Assembly (NCBI GenBank): GCA_030704615.1
Contig: CM060731.1
Location: 21,886,001-21,950,000, forward strand
DNA: 64,000 nucleotides
Direction of reading: 5' to 3'
Source: Takakia lepidozioides
Taxonomy: Eukaryota > Plantae > Bryophyta
Below, piece by piece: positions 38,400 through 51,365 of this stretch. Within the stretch, counting starts at the first letter, position 1; every line of letters begins with the position of its first letter. Made by a program: the position numbers and the translations under genes. Under the pieces are notes generated by a model. It had not been told where the DNA came from. It ran no database searches and worked only from the letters and a program-made list of their open reading frames with translations.

Positions 38400-40450
38400 T
38401 CACGGGAATCGACCAAGTATTTGAAAGATTCCCTGCATTCTAAGTGAAGTAACTCACCTCGCGAGTTGCTCCCCGGGGGGCTTTCTCCATTGTGTGGGTG
38501 CGTTGTCTCGAGAACAAGGTACAGCTGGTGGTGATGGGTTATGACCGTGAATGGCAGGTTGATAAAGTGTTGTGGGTCACCTTGGGCGAACGAGCACAAA
38601 AAACCCTTTCTCAATATCCTTGAACGGATTCAAGGGTATCCTTGGACGCTCACACCTAGGGCCACAGTAAGGTTTTGGAACTTCATCCTCATCTTCCATA
38701 TCTTCCAGTATCTGTGGCTGGATGCCATCCCTCCGATGGTTTGAGGACCAATTTGTTTTCGGCCAAAATCCCTCAAGAAGCTGAATACGATCCGGAATGT
38801 CCTGCATTGGCTTATCAAGTTCAACGTGAATATTTCCCCAGTATTGGTCATATTGTTCCATCACACCCCGGTAATGATCGTCAAGCAACATTCCTTTGGT
38901 CCAAAAATCTCTGTATTTTTTAATACCATTTTTTATGAATGACTGTTTTTCTGAGGAGTCGTCCCTGACTCCCCATATCGGTCTTTTTGGAACAACATCT
39001 GGTTCTCGTTCAGGAAGATATGGAGTCCCATCAGGATTGGACTTCCACATCTTAACGCTGGAGTTTGTAGGAAGTCACTCCGAATCAGTAGCTGACTTCT
39101 TGTACTTCATAACGGGCTAGCCATCCGCATCCTTAAAAAATCGAAAGACGTGCATCTCTGAGATCCCGACCAAAGCCTCATTTCCATTATGAATACAACC
39201 CTTAACAAACTTCTTGAAGTCGGGAGCCTCCTGTGTGATTTGAGGAATGAATTGCATATCTTGGGAGATCATGAATGACCTCATCAAATCCGGAAGAATG
39301 TAGGTGTTGCGTTCCTTTAGCTTCTTCGAGAGATAGCTAAAGAATCCGTCAATATCCTCATGGGTGTGCCCGACCATGAGAAAACCAAGCTGGATCTCTT
39401 CAAAGACATCTTTGGCAGTGAGGAGGGATATGAAAGCAAGCATCCATCTGTTCTTATTGTCCTTGGAGGAGTTGTCCATCTGCAAATAAAGTCGTCTAGG
39501 AAGTGGTCGAGCACCACATTTATCGTGCGGCCTGCAGGGTTTCAGAGCCTCCAAACATCTCGATATACCTCTCATGAGCGTTTCAAAAAAATCATTTTGA
39601 ACTTCAGTGTCAAAAATGTTCCTGGATTCCCGGCATGTCGGCTTTTCCAGTTGGCGCAGGCACCGAGCCAGCAACCCAATTGTGAAGTTTGAATTGTCTT
39701 TCCAGAACTCAAGGGAAAATTGAGGGTAAGCTCCATCTCCGTGTCCATGCGTAACCATTCCTGTCAATGAGACAAGCAACTGACCCAATCCGAAGACCAT
39801 CATGTTCGTCGTCTGTAGCCTCGGAATAGCCGTTTTCTTATGATCTATCTTATCATGAATAATACATAAGAACTCCTCCGGAACCATAACGGACTCATTC
39901 CTCCAGCTATGGTACAGCCTTCTGCATGACTCTTGATGCCTCAAGTGCAAATCAAGCGCCCGCTTATGTGCGACATGTTCGAAACTCCTCTTAATCGACT
40001 TCTTGATCAAGTCTTTGAACATCTCGCATTCTGTGCACTTAGCAAAGGTGCTTCCTGTTTTCCGAACCTCCACGTTAGGAAATATTCGATCCCGTATACG
40101 GCTTATAGCTGGCTGCGAGACTCCTTTCAAACCGAGCAGTCTATTTGTCTGCACCCCAACTCCCCAACAATGTCAACGTCCACCGAGCAGTGGAGGTTCT
40201 ACAAAGTGGAAGAACAAGAAATCATGATGGCATCAAAAAGAATAAAATCATCCACAGTATTTTGAAAAACGAAATGAGACAACGAATAAAAGTCACCTCG
40301 TTGGACTCCTCTCGAATTCTCTTCCAGTTCATTTCGGGTGGCAAAATTCTCAAAGTATCCCGACGTCCCTCTCCAATGCAACGTCCCTCTCAAATGAAAA
40401 CGAGACGGTGTTCGGTAGATGTGATGGAAGCGGACCGTCCAGATAAAAAA
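38400..40450 (-). pseudogene. DDD/E transposase, Sola1-like, disrupted
   Basis: FAKCTEC...HLRHQ...R..Y, IIHDKID, LYLQMDNSSKDNKN, FLMVGHTHEDIDGFFS; in-frame TAG at 39117-39119 continues into ORF 38577-39050; upstream part frameshifted. Superfamily assigned from motif recall. Confidence 0.75.
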
Positions 40451-41264
40451 CATGGTGTTTCGGAACCAGATGAAAAATCCAGTTGGGGGTCTACCGAGCC
40501 GAACAAAGTGTCTGTCAATGACGAAAATGTGACTGTAGAATCCCCGCGGAACGCATCTGAATCTCCGAGCAATACACCTAAAGTCATCTGTAAGGATACC
40601 CTGGCGGAAATAAGAGAAAACGTTCATGTAAACAATGATATCAACGGATCTCCTGCCCACTCCCAAAATTATCCGACATACACCCCTTCAGACTATTCCC
40701 CAGACACATTGGCGGCAATACGAGTGACTGTTTTTGGATATCGAGCATCTCCTGAATCCACATTAGGATCTTAAGGATATTATCCTCCAAACTTCCTCCT
40801 AGACACTGAAACGAGCGGGGGAGTCCTGCAACTACTGGACGTCTCTGGATCTCCAGGATACTCCCCTGCGTCTCCTGATAGTATCACCGGATCCCCAAAA
40901 TATACCCCTCCAGACTATTCGCCTGATACACTCAGAGAGATAAGAATGAGCATTTTGTAGTTCTTGGGTATATAATCTAGAATCGTCTGAATATAGTGCG
41001 AGAAGTTCCTTAGTATATTTTGGACGAATTGGGTTCGAAGATTTCTATTGTAGATTAGTCATGTTTCAGGATGATGTACTCAATGGCTCCTGAGCCTCAT
41101 TTTCATTAAAGTTTTTTTCTTCAACATCTGAAAAAAATGGAGGATTTCCCATTTCATGTAGAAAGACTTGTACATACGAACCTCCATTGTCAGTGGAGGT
41201 TCTTATTTCTGGAATGATAGATGCTAGTAAGAGAGATCTTGTTATTTGATTATCTAATAAATTT

Positions 41265-44200
41265 GTGTTTGGTTGTAACAGAAGACATCCTACACCACCA
41301 GATTGCGTCCCGGGATTGATTGGAGATATTTGTGGCGCATTCATATGCCGGAAGTCCTCACATTTCAAAACTGTGCATACCGCTATTTTTGAGCTTAACC
41401 CAGAGGTGACAGATTGGGGCATCGTGCCTGTCAGTACACCTCCTGATCACAAACTGTCTTTTCATTACAGAAGTCTTGGAGTAATAACAGACTTAAAATA
41501 CGCAGAAGCTCTCGATATAGAGCTTGAATCTGAAGAGGAAAACCTGATGTTGGTTTTGTTCCTGCATGAGGATGCGAGAACCCCCAGGACGTTTGGTTCC
41601 AAAGTGAAGGTGGGTCGTCTGAACAAGTCGTTGATAAGTGAATGCATTGCACTGGGTTTTAGATTTCCAGACGAGGGCTCTGTATTTACAAACGTAGGTT
41701 TGTCGAGGGCCTGGAGTATTTTTCTGGATATTCTGCACGCAATGGGGAATGACATTCGCAAGAAACGAGCACTAGAAGAAGCATCAAAGCTGAAGAGGGG
41801 AAAACGCAAGTCGTCGACAGCCGGCAATGATGACAATGAGGCCGGGACTTCCGCAGGAAAGAAGAAACAGAAGGAGGATCATGATCCAACATTGATGTCA
41901 GATAACAAGAGACCTAAAGTTGGGGAGATTTTTGACAAGGAAAAATGCGAGAAGATGGAGGAGAGGCTCACGAAGGAATACAATGATGTATTTTCATTCG
42001 GATTCGAGAGTACCTTCCTTGTGAAGGTTTCCATGATGGAACTAGCTCCAAGGAGCATGGTTTATAGACCGTTAAATATCAAGCATAAGGACAAAGTGAA
42101 AGCACGACTCTTCCAACTTCATTTGTTTGACTCCAAACATCTGGTGTATCTTGCACCAATCAACCCTTCGATCCAATCCCGAGAAGATTGCTTCATTGCG
42201 ACCGAAACAATGGAAGGAGATGGACGTATCAAGGTTCTTCGTAATTGGTGGACAACACACCATCGTGGCAGCAAAGGTAATGGACTTCATTTCCTCCCAC
42301 ACCTCTCTTTTAACGAACCTCCACTGGGCAGTGGAGGTTTGTATTGAACTACAAAATTGGATATGTCCCCACACTTTCAACTCTCTCACCCATTTTACAT
42401 TAACTGTAGCAGGAACTTCTCGAGGATCTTTCCAACAGCGAACTGAAGGAGTACTTCCGGGAGTGGCCTGCGAAGATTGTATGGTCTACCGATGAACAAA
42501 GGCTCCTGAAGTTGTCCAGGCTCCTCAACGATCCCAATAAGGAGCAAAAGTTTGATACAATAATGCCGGAGAAAGTTGCGTATGCGCGAATGTTATTCAA
42601 CCTGAGGGGGAAGCCAAAGAAATACAACGATCACACCACAAAGTCCGAGACGAAACAATGGAACGTATGCATTTATGGAATCAAAATCTACTATTCACAT
42701 TCATTTTATGCTAAAGAATACTTCTGTTGTCGAAGTGACAACTAATTTATCCCTGAATGAATGTGCAGGAGTTCATGTTTGCCTGTCATTTGATACTAGA
42801 AATGGGTAGCATTAAGGAGGCAATGGTCCTGGTACTTTGCGACGACGACGTTTGGAAGATCTGGGAAGATGTTTTCAAAAACTGGGAGCAGAGAAAGCTA
42901 CTCGACCCGCTTGGGATACAGTACAAGGGTGAACAGCAACAGTTCACAAAATCTGCTATCGCAAAGCTGCAAGGGTTGAACAGATGGCAGCTGATAAAAG
43001 TTGCACAGAAAATCCTGGACCTGAAATTGACCATTCGAGATTACAAAGGTCAAGACAAATCAATTCAAAGCATGAACAAGTACATAGTCGACATGAAAAT
43101 GCGCCGGTTTATTGTCGACGATGTGATGGAAGTGTTGGGGTGGCCTCGGAGGAGCAAACAGTGCACGGAACCGTACACTAAGGACGAGTGGCGTGAAGTG
43201 AAGAGAAAGTACCACTTCAATAAGGCAGAGTTCTCAACATTTAAAGACAAAGTGGGGACGGATTACATCCAAAGCAAGATCAAGATGAACATGGAGACAA
43301 AACCACTCACGGCCGCTTTTGTTAAGTACGTCTCCTCCATCAAGAAAGCTTATGAGGATAGAGAGGATGCCATGGCGATTATTTCAGCGAGTTTCAAGAC
43401 TCATTACGCTATCATGGGTGGAGAAACAAAATTCGCCGATGCCAAGTCCCGTCTGCGACTCGCACCGAAGAAACGGTTTGACAACATAGCGATGGTGTTC
43501 GTCAATACAATTTCTGAAGACGACTTTGTCGTATTTGAGTCCAACGAGTATGTGAACATACTGGAGGCCTTTGTGGCTCTGAAATTGAACACGAGTGCTT
43601 TTGTTTTCTTCTCGACGCAACCGTCCTCGGCCAATCTGGTCTCCTACATCTGAAATGGTCCCGGAAGAACATCGTATCTTGTCCGTCAGGGATTTTATGT
43701 TCCGGGAGAGTATGAAAATATTTACAAAAATAGCACGAAGACTTTCTCTCGGATTGTACTGTGCCTAGACTATGTTATTCCAGCGACACCTGAGGAGATG
43801 CAGAATCCGGACGAGCACATCTCCACCATACTGTTAATCGAGCCAATACAGCCGATTCTGGAAGGGCCCTCTGAGAAGCCATCAGCTTTTGAAGAAGAGT
43901 GCAGGACTTATAATCATGAGCTACGAGCTGACACATACGACTATTTGGCCTCCCTGTTTTGTCGAGACGGGATATCCGTTGTCAACATCTTCGGAGGTGT
44001 GATGTTGACGTATGCCCTTCATGTAAGTGTAAATTTTTTTTGCATTTTAAATACGAATTTTTATATTTTTGATCCAACACGTCCTCTGTTTTACTGACTG
44101 GGTTTATCTGCAAGCAAGAAACATTCGAGTGCTTGACATCAACCACTCAACCAAGAAAAAGTTTTGCAAAGGAAAAGTTGAAGCTAATTTTAAGAAGCTT

Positions 44201-44821
44201 CAAATTGAGAATGACAATGTTGCTGAAGAGGTTGACGGCGGAGACGATGATGAGGATGAGGAGGAGGAAGATGAAGACTTGGAAGAAGAAGGCGGACATT
44301 CCGAACACGTAGAGGAGGATGAGGGCATCGATGGTAACGGGGACAACGAGGGCCACGATGGTGACAATGCAGACCGTTGGGAGGCTGGACACCTGGATGT
44401 GATTCAGGACTTCAGAACTCAGTCACATGATGGTATTAAGAACATCACCCAAGACGTTGCGGTCCACAATGTCATGATTCTAGATGGGGATTTGTCGAGT
44501 TCAAGCGAGAGAACTAAGAGTAATCTTGCTTCACCATCAAGGGGTGCGGAGGCGAGCTCAATTGAGGTGCGCGGCAATTTGATTGGGAGTGCAGACGACT
44601 GGTTCAAACCTGTAAAAGGGGACGAGCCGGCGCCAATGTCCCCGTATCCCGCGAAAGAGAGGGTAGAGAGAGCGAGGACAAAGAGCCTGTGTCCCACAAA
44701 AGACAGTGGATACAAAGGGAGGACTAAGAGCCCGTCCCCCGCAAAAATGGATAGTGGTGACAGAGGCAAGACTAAAAGCCCGTCTCCAAGAAAAAACAGC
44801 GGAGGCAGAGGCCATACTTAG
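41265..44821 (+). pseudogene. Spliced gene with a ParB/Srx-like domain, a possible degenerate DNA-methyltransferase-like region and an acidic/SP-rich tail
   Basis: VYRPLN...FFVIGGQHTIVAAK|...WPAKIVWSTDEQRLLKLSRLLN; introns 42277-42412 and 42665-42768; frameshift near 42180; in-frame TGA 43651-43653; YDYLASLFCRDGISVVNIFGG near 43940-44000. Confidence 0.5.
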
Positions 44822-45384
44822 AGCCCAACTCGCGCTCAAAGTGTCTCCTAGCATGTCAATTTGGATGTAGGTAACGAATGACACCTGGAGATTTATGGTG
44901 TCTTCAAGCATTATAAATGGAACAAATTGTGTGTATTGCATCTGGTTGTGTTCTGGTTGTGTTTTTGACAATACCTGATCTGTATCTTAATATTTCCCAC
45001 ATTCTTGAAATTTACATGTGACTGACGGTAAGAAAACTCGTATAGATCCATGAACGGAAATTGGAGGAAATCACACAAACTCGGACATAATCCATCGCGA
45101 CTCAAACAGTGAGGAGGCAAGTGGACTTAACAATAAGGGTCAGCCCAACTGATCCGGTCAAACAAACAACCTCCACTGCCCAGTCGACGTTGCGAGATGG
45201 AGGAGATGAGCCGGAGATGGTCGTTGCTCACCGTGAAGGAAAAGAGAGCGAGCAGCACCATCAGCAAATTCGGAACCCCTCCCCGAAACGGGTATACACC
45301 TCATAACCATCTTAGCTATGTTCTTCTTGGTCCTTCTTCTACTTTACAAAATAAATTAATTGTTCTGTTATTCCACAGGATGAT

Positions 45385-46119
45385 ATGATTCACCCTCCAA
45401 TCGACTATCACAAATATGTGAACCCACAGGATTGGTATCGCCTCTCTGAGGGACCGAAAGGATCTCGACCAGGATACTACGTCCTGGTTCTTGACGTCGG
45501 TTACCTTGGTGAGGTTTACATCCGAGATGGCCCGAGATCCCCTCCCGCAACCCATCCTTGTGTGTGCATTGGAAAATTCAAGCTTTCAGTCCGAAATGGG
45601 TTGGACGACTTCCTGAAATGGGTCCTTGAGCATTTTGAGGTCTACTTTTGGAACACTGGACCGTTAGAAAATGTCCTGGATATATGGCTGGCTTTGTTTG
45701 GAAGAAGGTTTTACAATGTCAGGGAATTCAGCAATGAGAACTGCGTGAAGCATAGACAGACGTACAGTGCCGAATGGCCCAAATATCCGAAAGCGCCAAT
45801 ATATCTTAAACGTCTCTACGACCTTTTCACTGTAGATGACCCTGTAGCGTACAAATCAAACACACTTCTTATCGACACTGTAGAAAATATGTATAAGTCG
45901 TATTTGAACCCAAAGTTGTTCGGTATCTTCCTTCCAAAATATAAAGCGCTCGTCGACCCATACAAGGACATGTTTCTTCTTGATGAACTCAAACCGCACC
46001 TGGAAGAGTTGTGGTTATCCGGAAAAGACGCTGATATATTCAACGTGGAAAAACCCATAGGATGTCCACCGTATAATGACCCAAAGGTCAAATGCCTCTT
46101 GCTATGGGATTTGCAGTGA
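45385..46119 (+). CDS. FCP1/NIF-like HAD-fold protein, degenerate motif I
   Basis: VLVLDVGYL, VRNGLDDFLKWVLEHFEVYFWN, YLKRL, NTLLIDT..KSYLNP. Confidence 0.7.
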   Translation: MIHPPIDYHKYVNPQDWYRLSEGPKGSRPGYYVLVLDVGYLGEVYIRDGPRSPPATHPCVCIGKFKLSVRNGLDDFLKWVLEHFEVYFWNTGPLENVLDIWLALFGRRFYNVREFSNENCVKHRQTYSAEWPKYPKAPIYLKRLYDLFTVDDPVAYKSNTLLIDTVENMYKSYLNPKLFGIFLPKYKALVDPYKDMFLLDELKPHLEELWLSGKDADIFNVEKPIGCPPYNDPKVKCLLLWDLQ

Positions 46120-46232
46120 CAGGTTTATCTTAGAAAACAAAAATTTCCTGACGCTTCATTGGAACAATTTGAAACGTAGATGGCTGCTCTAGATTTTCAT
46201 GAACCTCGACTGTCCAGTGGACGTTTCTCCCA

Positions 46233-47017
46233 ATGTCAATCCTGTCCTTGGTTTATCTTGATTACCACTTGAGTGGATGTATGAATTTCTCACAGATTGC
46301 AGCAGCAGTTTCTCCAGTTGCGAAAGGATTGCACTTGATAATTTTTTACCTGAATGGAGTTTTGTGCAAAGTCTTGAAGCACCAGAAGAGCTACTGTGTC
46401 CCCCGAATGTCCGAGACAGACTACAAGATACCAGCTTTTGTTGGATTTTGACTTGTCTATAGGCGGGAAAAATATCGTGAGATGTGGACAAAGTTGAACA
46501 AACATTTCCGTCTAGGTATATGGAGCTGCATGATGTACAAGAACTTGCAGTCTATACTAGACTTTATGCTTCAGGGTCTTCCTCAGCCGGCATTCGTTAT
46601 GTCTCAGGAAGATTGTATCTCCTGTCCTACTTCTGTCCACCCTCAATTATATCAGGATACGACCCGCCGAGTCTGTTCTTGAAGCCATTGATGACTGTCT
46701 GGCAAAGATTTGGTGGTCAGTACAACCTGAGTAACACTCTACTTATTGACGATTCAGCTATTAAGTGTGTGTTGAACCAGCCTGAATCCTGTCTGATTCT
46801 AAAATCGTTTGAATCCGTTGAGACGGTCTCTTGCTATCTCCAGAAGGTTCTTCAGAAATATTTGCTTGGAATCAAAAAATCTCACACGGTTTCTAGTTAA
46901 AAGAGGATAGGACTTAAGCCTTGTCAGAATGTTTCCACCGATCCCAAGTTTAAGCCTCTCCTGGATTATGTTGATGATTCTAATTACGGGAATCTCCGAT
47001 ATGATGCTTCAAAATAA
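46233..47017 (+). pseudogene. Second FCP1/NIF-like gene, frameshifted
   Basis: MYEFLTDC, FRLGIWSC, FVMSQEDC, FLKPL, NTLLIDDSAIKCVLNQP spread over several frames. Confidence 0.7.
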
Positions 47018-48614
47018 AGATTTTATTGATCAACCACGTTTGTGATTCAATGTTTATTTTTGATTGGTTTTTTTATAGGTTGTATTGTTTTTCTAGAAAA
47101 ACTGTTGTGTACTGTGATTTCCTTTTCAATCTGAATTGACATGGAATTGTTTGCTATTTCCTAGTCTCATCCAAGCGTTTCTCCACCCCATACCATCCCG
47201 ATCCTCTGAGATACAGGCCTTCTCCGAAACTCGTCTCGGGGGTTTTTTCAAATCCGACAACCTCCACTGTGCAGTGGAGGTTATCCCGTGTCTGTACATT
47301 GATCTTATAAGTTCGTTTCTGCAGGTTCATGGCGATGCTGCTGATGCCAACTTCTTGTCGGGACCTCCATTGGAATCCTCCATATCAAAAATTCGTCTAC
47401 AAAGGGACAACATTCACACTACTGTTGAGATTTCTGTCATCGACGGTGAAGCATCATCCAGGCACTTGGCTTCCCTTCAATTGCACGACCCTCTTCTTCA
47501 GTCCATTCTTAAAAATGATGTTCTGTCGCAGGATTGTTTAGGATTGAATGTCGCCGATGGAAGCCAACTTGACAAATGTGCAGGGGATTTCGTGGACCTC
47601 ACTCTACAATATTCACCCTCCGTGTTAAGTGTCAATGGTGTGAAGTCTACCTCGAGAATGTCATCCGTTGAGGACGCGGCTGAGACTGCGGCTCCGCAGC
47701 ACAATGTTGCCTCTCTTCCCTCCTTCTCTCCCCAGCACGAAGGTTGGACAGCCCAAATCAAAAGAAGCCAGGTAAAATTACTTATATCTAAATTCTAACT
47801 CGTCCTTTTGTTTTCCTTAGTACTGGGTCTGATGTTCTTGTTTTACTCCAGGCCAAAAAATCTGCGGATTGTGACCTTCCTGTCAAACGACGTCTTCATT
47901 GGAAATTTGTTCCGAGGTAATCCCTTCGTTACGTGTGAATTCCATTCAGGATGTGGAGTGCTCAAGGGACAATTTCCATTCCGTTCCCCTTCTCCGAAAC
48001 CCTTTCGACGAGGACAAGGACGAAACTTCAATTGCAACTTCTGGGCTTCCCAACCCTGCAGTGTTGGCGCAATGTTCTGCACCGAGGAAGCGGAATAGGG
48101 CCCCCAAACCATTTCCATCTCTTCTACAAATCGGTTCCACCGGAAAGAAGTCATTCGTCAGAGACAAAGCAGACTCGAGGAAGAAAAGGAATACCTCGGA
48201 CATACCGGGGTCTCGTCAAAACACGTCCATTGGGATGCTAAGCCCGCCAGCGAGACTTTCCAATAAGGCGACATCGGTATTATTCGATATCGTTCGTTTG
48301 GTTATGCACTAATTAACTCCATCTTTTCTCAACAGACGGGGATGCAACACGATACCTTCATCAATTTCCCTTCGTACAAGATACTTTCCTGAACCTCCAC
48401 TTGATAGTCGACGTTCCTCTTCTTAGCAATATTAACCCTCCTCTTCAAACATTCCAAGCCCACAACATTGTGCAGTATTTTGCCATTTTTTGCACAATCG
48501 TGTTGATCTTCCATACACTCAATCATTCTGGGTCGTGGGTATTTTTCATGGCAGAAACACTAATGTCAGTGTGTGATTAACCTGCTCAGGATAACTTTGT
48601 CTCTCATCCTTTAC

Positions 48615-49200
48615 ATGCAACAGCGGGGGAAGAGGAAACGGATGTTGTTAATTTTGAGTGTCAACGGACTCCTCTGCTACCGGCCACCCCCAACCGGCGG
48701 TGAACTGTTTAAGGAGAAATTTCGTTTCAGGAATGTGACACTTCAAGTTCCCGACAGACCGTTTGTGGTGCCTCGGCCTAGAGTCTTGGAGTTTCTGGAC
48801 CTTGCATTGAAGCATTTTCACGTGGCCATTTGGTCATGTGCTGATAGAGGTGTTCTTTGTAGGATGTTGGAGACCTTCGTCCCCACGAAAATAGCAAAGA
48901 AGTTTTGCTTCATATGGTCTGCTGAGGATTATAAGGATACCACCGGTTATATCAGGCCCGAGATGAAATATCTCGTGAAGGATATTCGAAGTGTTATTGT
49001 CAGGTACCCTGTTGCTACGCAAAGGGCAAATACTTCTTGTAGATGATGAGCCATCAAAAGGCCTGCGAAACCCACAAAATATTGGATTCATCCCTTTCTC
49101 ATTCAAGCCTTTACCAAACGGATTGCATGACCGGGATGATATGACAAAAGCAGTGTGACCATATATATCGGAGATGGCTGGAGCTTCAACAATCGTTGAT
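48615..49200 (+). pseudogene. Third FCP1/NIF-like gene, frameshifted
   Basis: LLILSVNGLL, PRPRVLEFLDLALKHFHVAIWS, FIWSAED, LVKDI, then ILLVDDEPSKGLRNP in another frame. Confidence 0.7.
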
Positions 49201-51094
49201 TACATTAGCGAGAACCGGGCAAAGTGTTCTCATAAGCCTATTGGTTGAGACCATGCCTGCTGGGCTTGGTATGGAAGATGTCTTGATCCTCGTATTTGGA
49301 TCCCACAACCAAAGGAACCTGATTACCTTGGTAGGCACGTGGATCCCACTCTTCTCTTGTTTATTCATAATTTGATTTTCCAATTCTTTTGCAGCTGCAT
49401 TTGCACTCTTACCTCAACATATTCATATGCAAAACTTCCATTTTGGGCCTAACATTTGTCATTTCCATCGCCTTTCCCCAGTTACATTTAAGAAACGAAT
49501 TCTAAAAGAGGAACAAGAGCTGCGTGATTGGGAAGAATGGCGGGCGTGCCGGGAGGCTTCAAGGGCATCAAGTAGAGTTGGCAGCAACATTTCAGATGAC
49601 AATGTCAGTCGGTTTCACCTTCCTGAAAGTATCTCCGTGTCCTCTGGAGCGGAGACCATTGCAAGTGGTTGTGGTAACCGGAGGCGTCTTCGGACACATG
49701 CCACTGCGAGCCGTTTGGGAGGAGGCTCAGTATTATTAATGAGTTAGTATAAGCCGTAACGGTTCTATGCCTTCAGAATCAATGGCTTGTATGGCATTAA
49801 GTCCATGAACGGATGGACAATTGACGTTCATTTTTTTGTTGGTCCATCGCCTTGAATGATATAATCTCAAATAAAATATGAATGTTTCATATCATCAATC
49901 AGGTCCCGACAGACTCGTTTTTCCATGTTGTCCTCTTCATCACATGCCATCATTGTTTCATATTTGGTTATGCCATTATTCCAATGTTTGTTTCTGGATG
50001 TCATTTTGGATATCGGAGCTCTCATCATTGTTTGATTCATTGCATCCTCCCATTCCTTTTAATGAACGTCAACTTGGCAGTGGATGTTCATCTAAGACCA
50101 CAATACATACTTGTATTTTTGCGTAGAATGTGTGGAGGATTACATAATTTGTTGTTAGATAGTGCACAAATAGTCAAATAATTATAGATATATCTCTTTA
50201 TTTCTGTTATAGATTATAATTACTCATATATCTTGTATTATTTCTGGATCAAACAAAAGTCCAGAATTAGTTAAAATAGTGTTCCTACCTGGTTTGAAAC
50301 TTTGATGTGAGAGTTTCATGTTCAAATGAAGCGGTCGATAAAGTCATGGATTCTGTGCAGTTAAACGAGCTCAGTGAACTATCATGTTTCAACTACATGT
50401 AACCTCAATTATACACCCCAGGTAACTCTCATTCCCATGAAATCTGGGCGCTGTCCACAATGAGCAAACTTGAGCCACTGAACAATTGACAGTGTTTACT
50501 GGGAATCTAGTGTACATTGTTAGCACTAGAAAGGTCTTTTCGATCCCTAAGTCTCGACAGGTCTTGACAGTAGCTCAACGCTAATTACCTCGCTGTCCAA
50601 TATTGCGAGATCTCCCAAGTAGATTAGAGATTAGACTGATCACTAGAGCTTCAATTGGGAACTTATTGTTGGATCGAGTACAGGTGAAAGAAGGGAGGTC
50701 CCAGGACAAAGAGAGCTCTAAATGCCGTAGTAAAATTCAACGAAAATTTGAGCTACTCATGACCCCATAGAGCAGCCAGCCATCTTCTGACCGGCTGTGG
50801 TATGTAAGCTGCTATTGGCAGAAGCTCCTGTTTATGAGCAAGAGTACTCTAAACAGTACATCTAATTGTTAGATGTTTATGAGCATCTATCTGCGGTCCC
50901 GATCCCAGTTAGATGTACTGTTTGCTGGGATCGGGACCGCAATCTACATACATAAACGCTCCTAGTCGTGCGACTTGACATATACGATTTCCTCATGATG
51001 GTATGGATAAATCGAGCTTCAACTGACCAGCGCGCATCGAAGCTCCAGCTCGACGTTCTTATTGAGTTGGAAAGAGAGAGGTCTAGCTACTCAC

Positions 51095-51365
51095 CAGGGT
51101 CCACTTGGTCGGCACTGACGAGTTGCAGGAGCACTTTCCGATCGAGCAACTGGTCAGCACCATCATCCAGCAAGTCGGCACCTATGTCGACATAGGTCAA
51201 GAGACTCTTCTTGCGGATCATGATTGTGCCGCTCAGGCTAACATAATCATCCGCGACCTCAGTGTTACTCTTCCCTTGGAACAAAGTGTGCAACCATTTG
51301 TCCACAGGGTCGAGTATTGAGGCACGAACAGCCAAGTTCAGTCTGCGCCCCCGAGAGCTGGCCAT
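51095..51365 (-). pseudogene. Orphan first exon of a lipoxygenase (start of the PLAT domain)
   Basis: LSGTIMIRKKSLL...DIGADLLDD..DQLLDRKVLLQLVSADQVDP followed by G|GTGAGT resembles the plant LOX N-terminus. No further LOX exons found. Confidence 0.6.

Noticed and set aside
47136-48312. ORFs between the FCP1-like genes
   Set aside because: Probably spliced, disordered parts of element genes, but no recognisable motif or reliable model.
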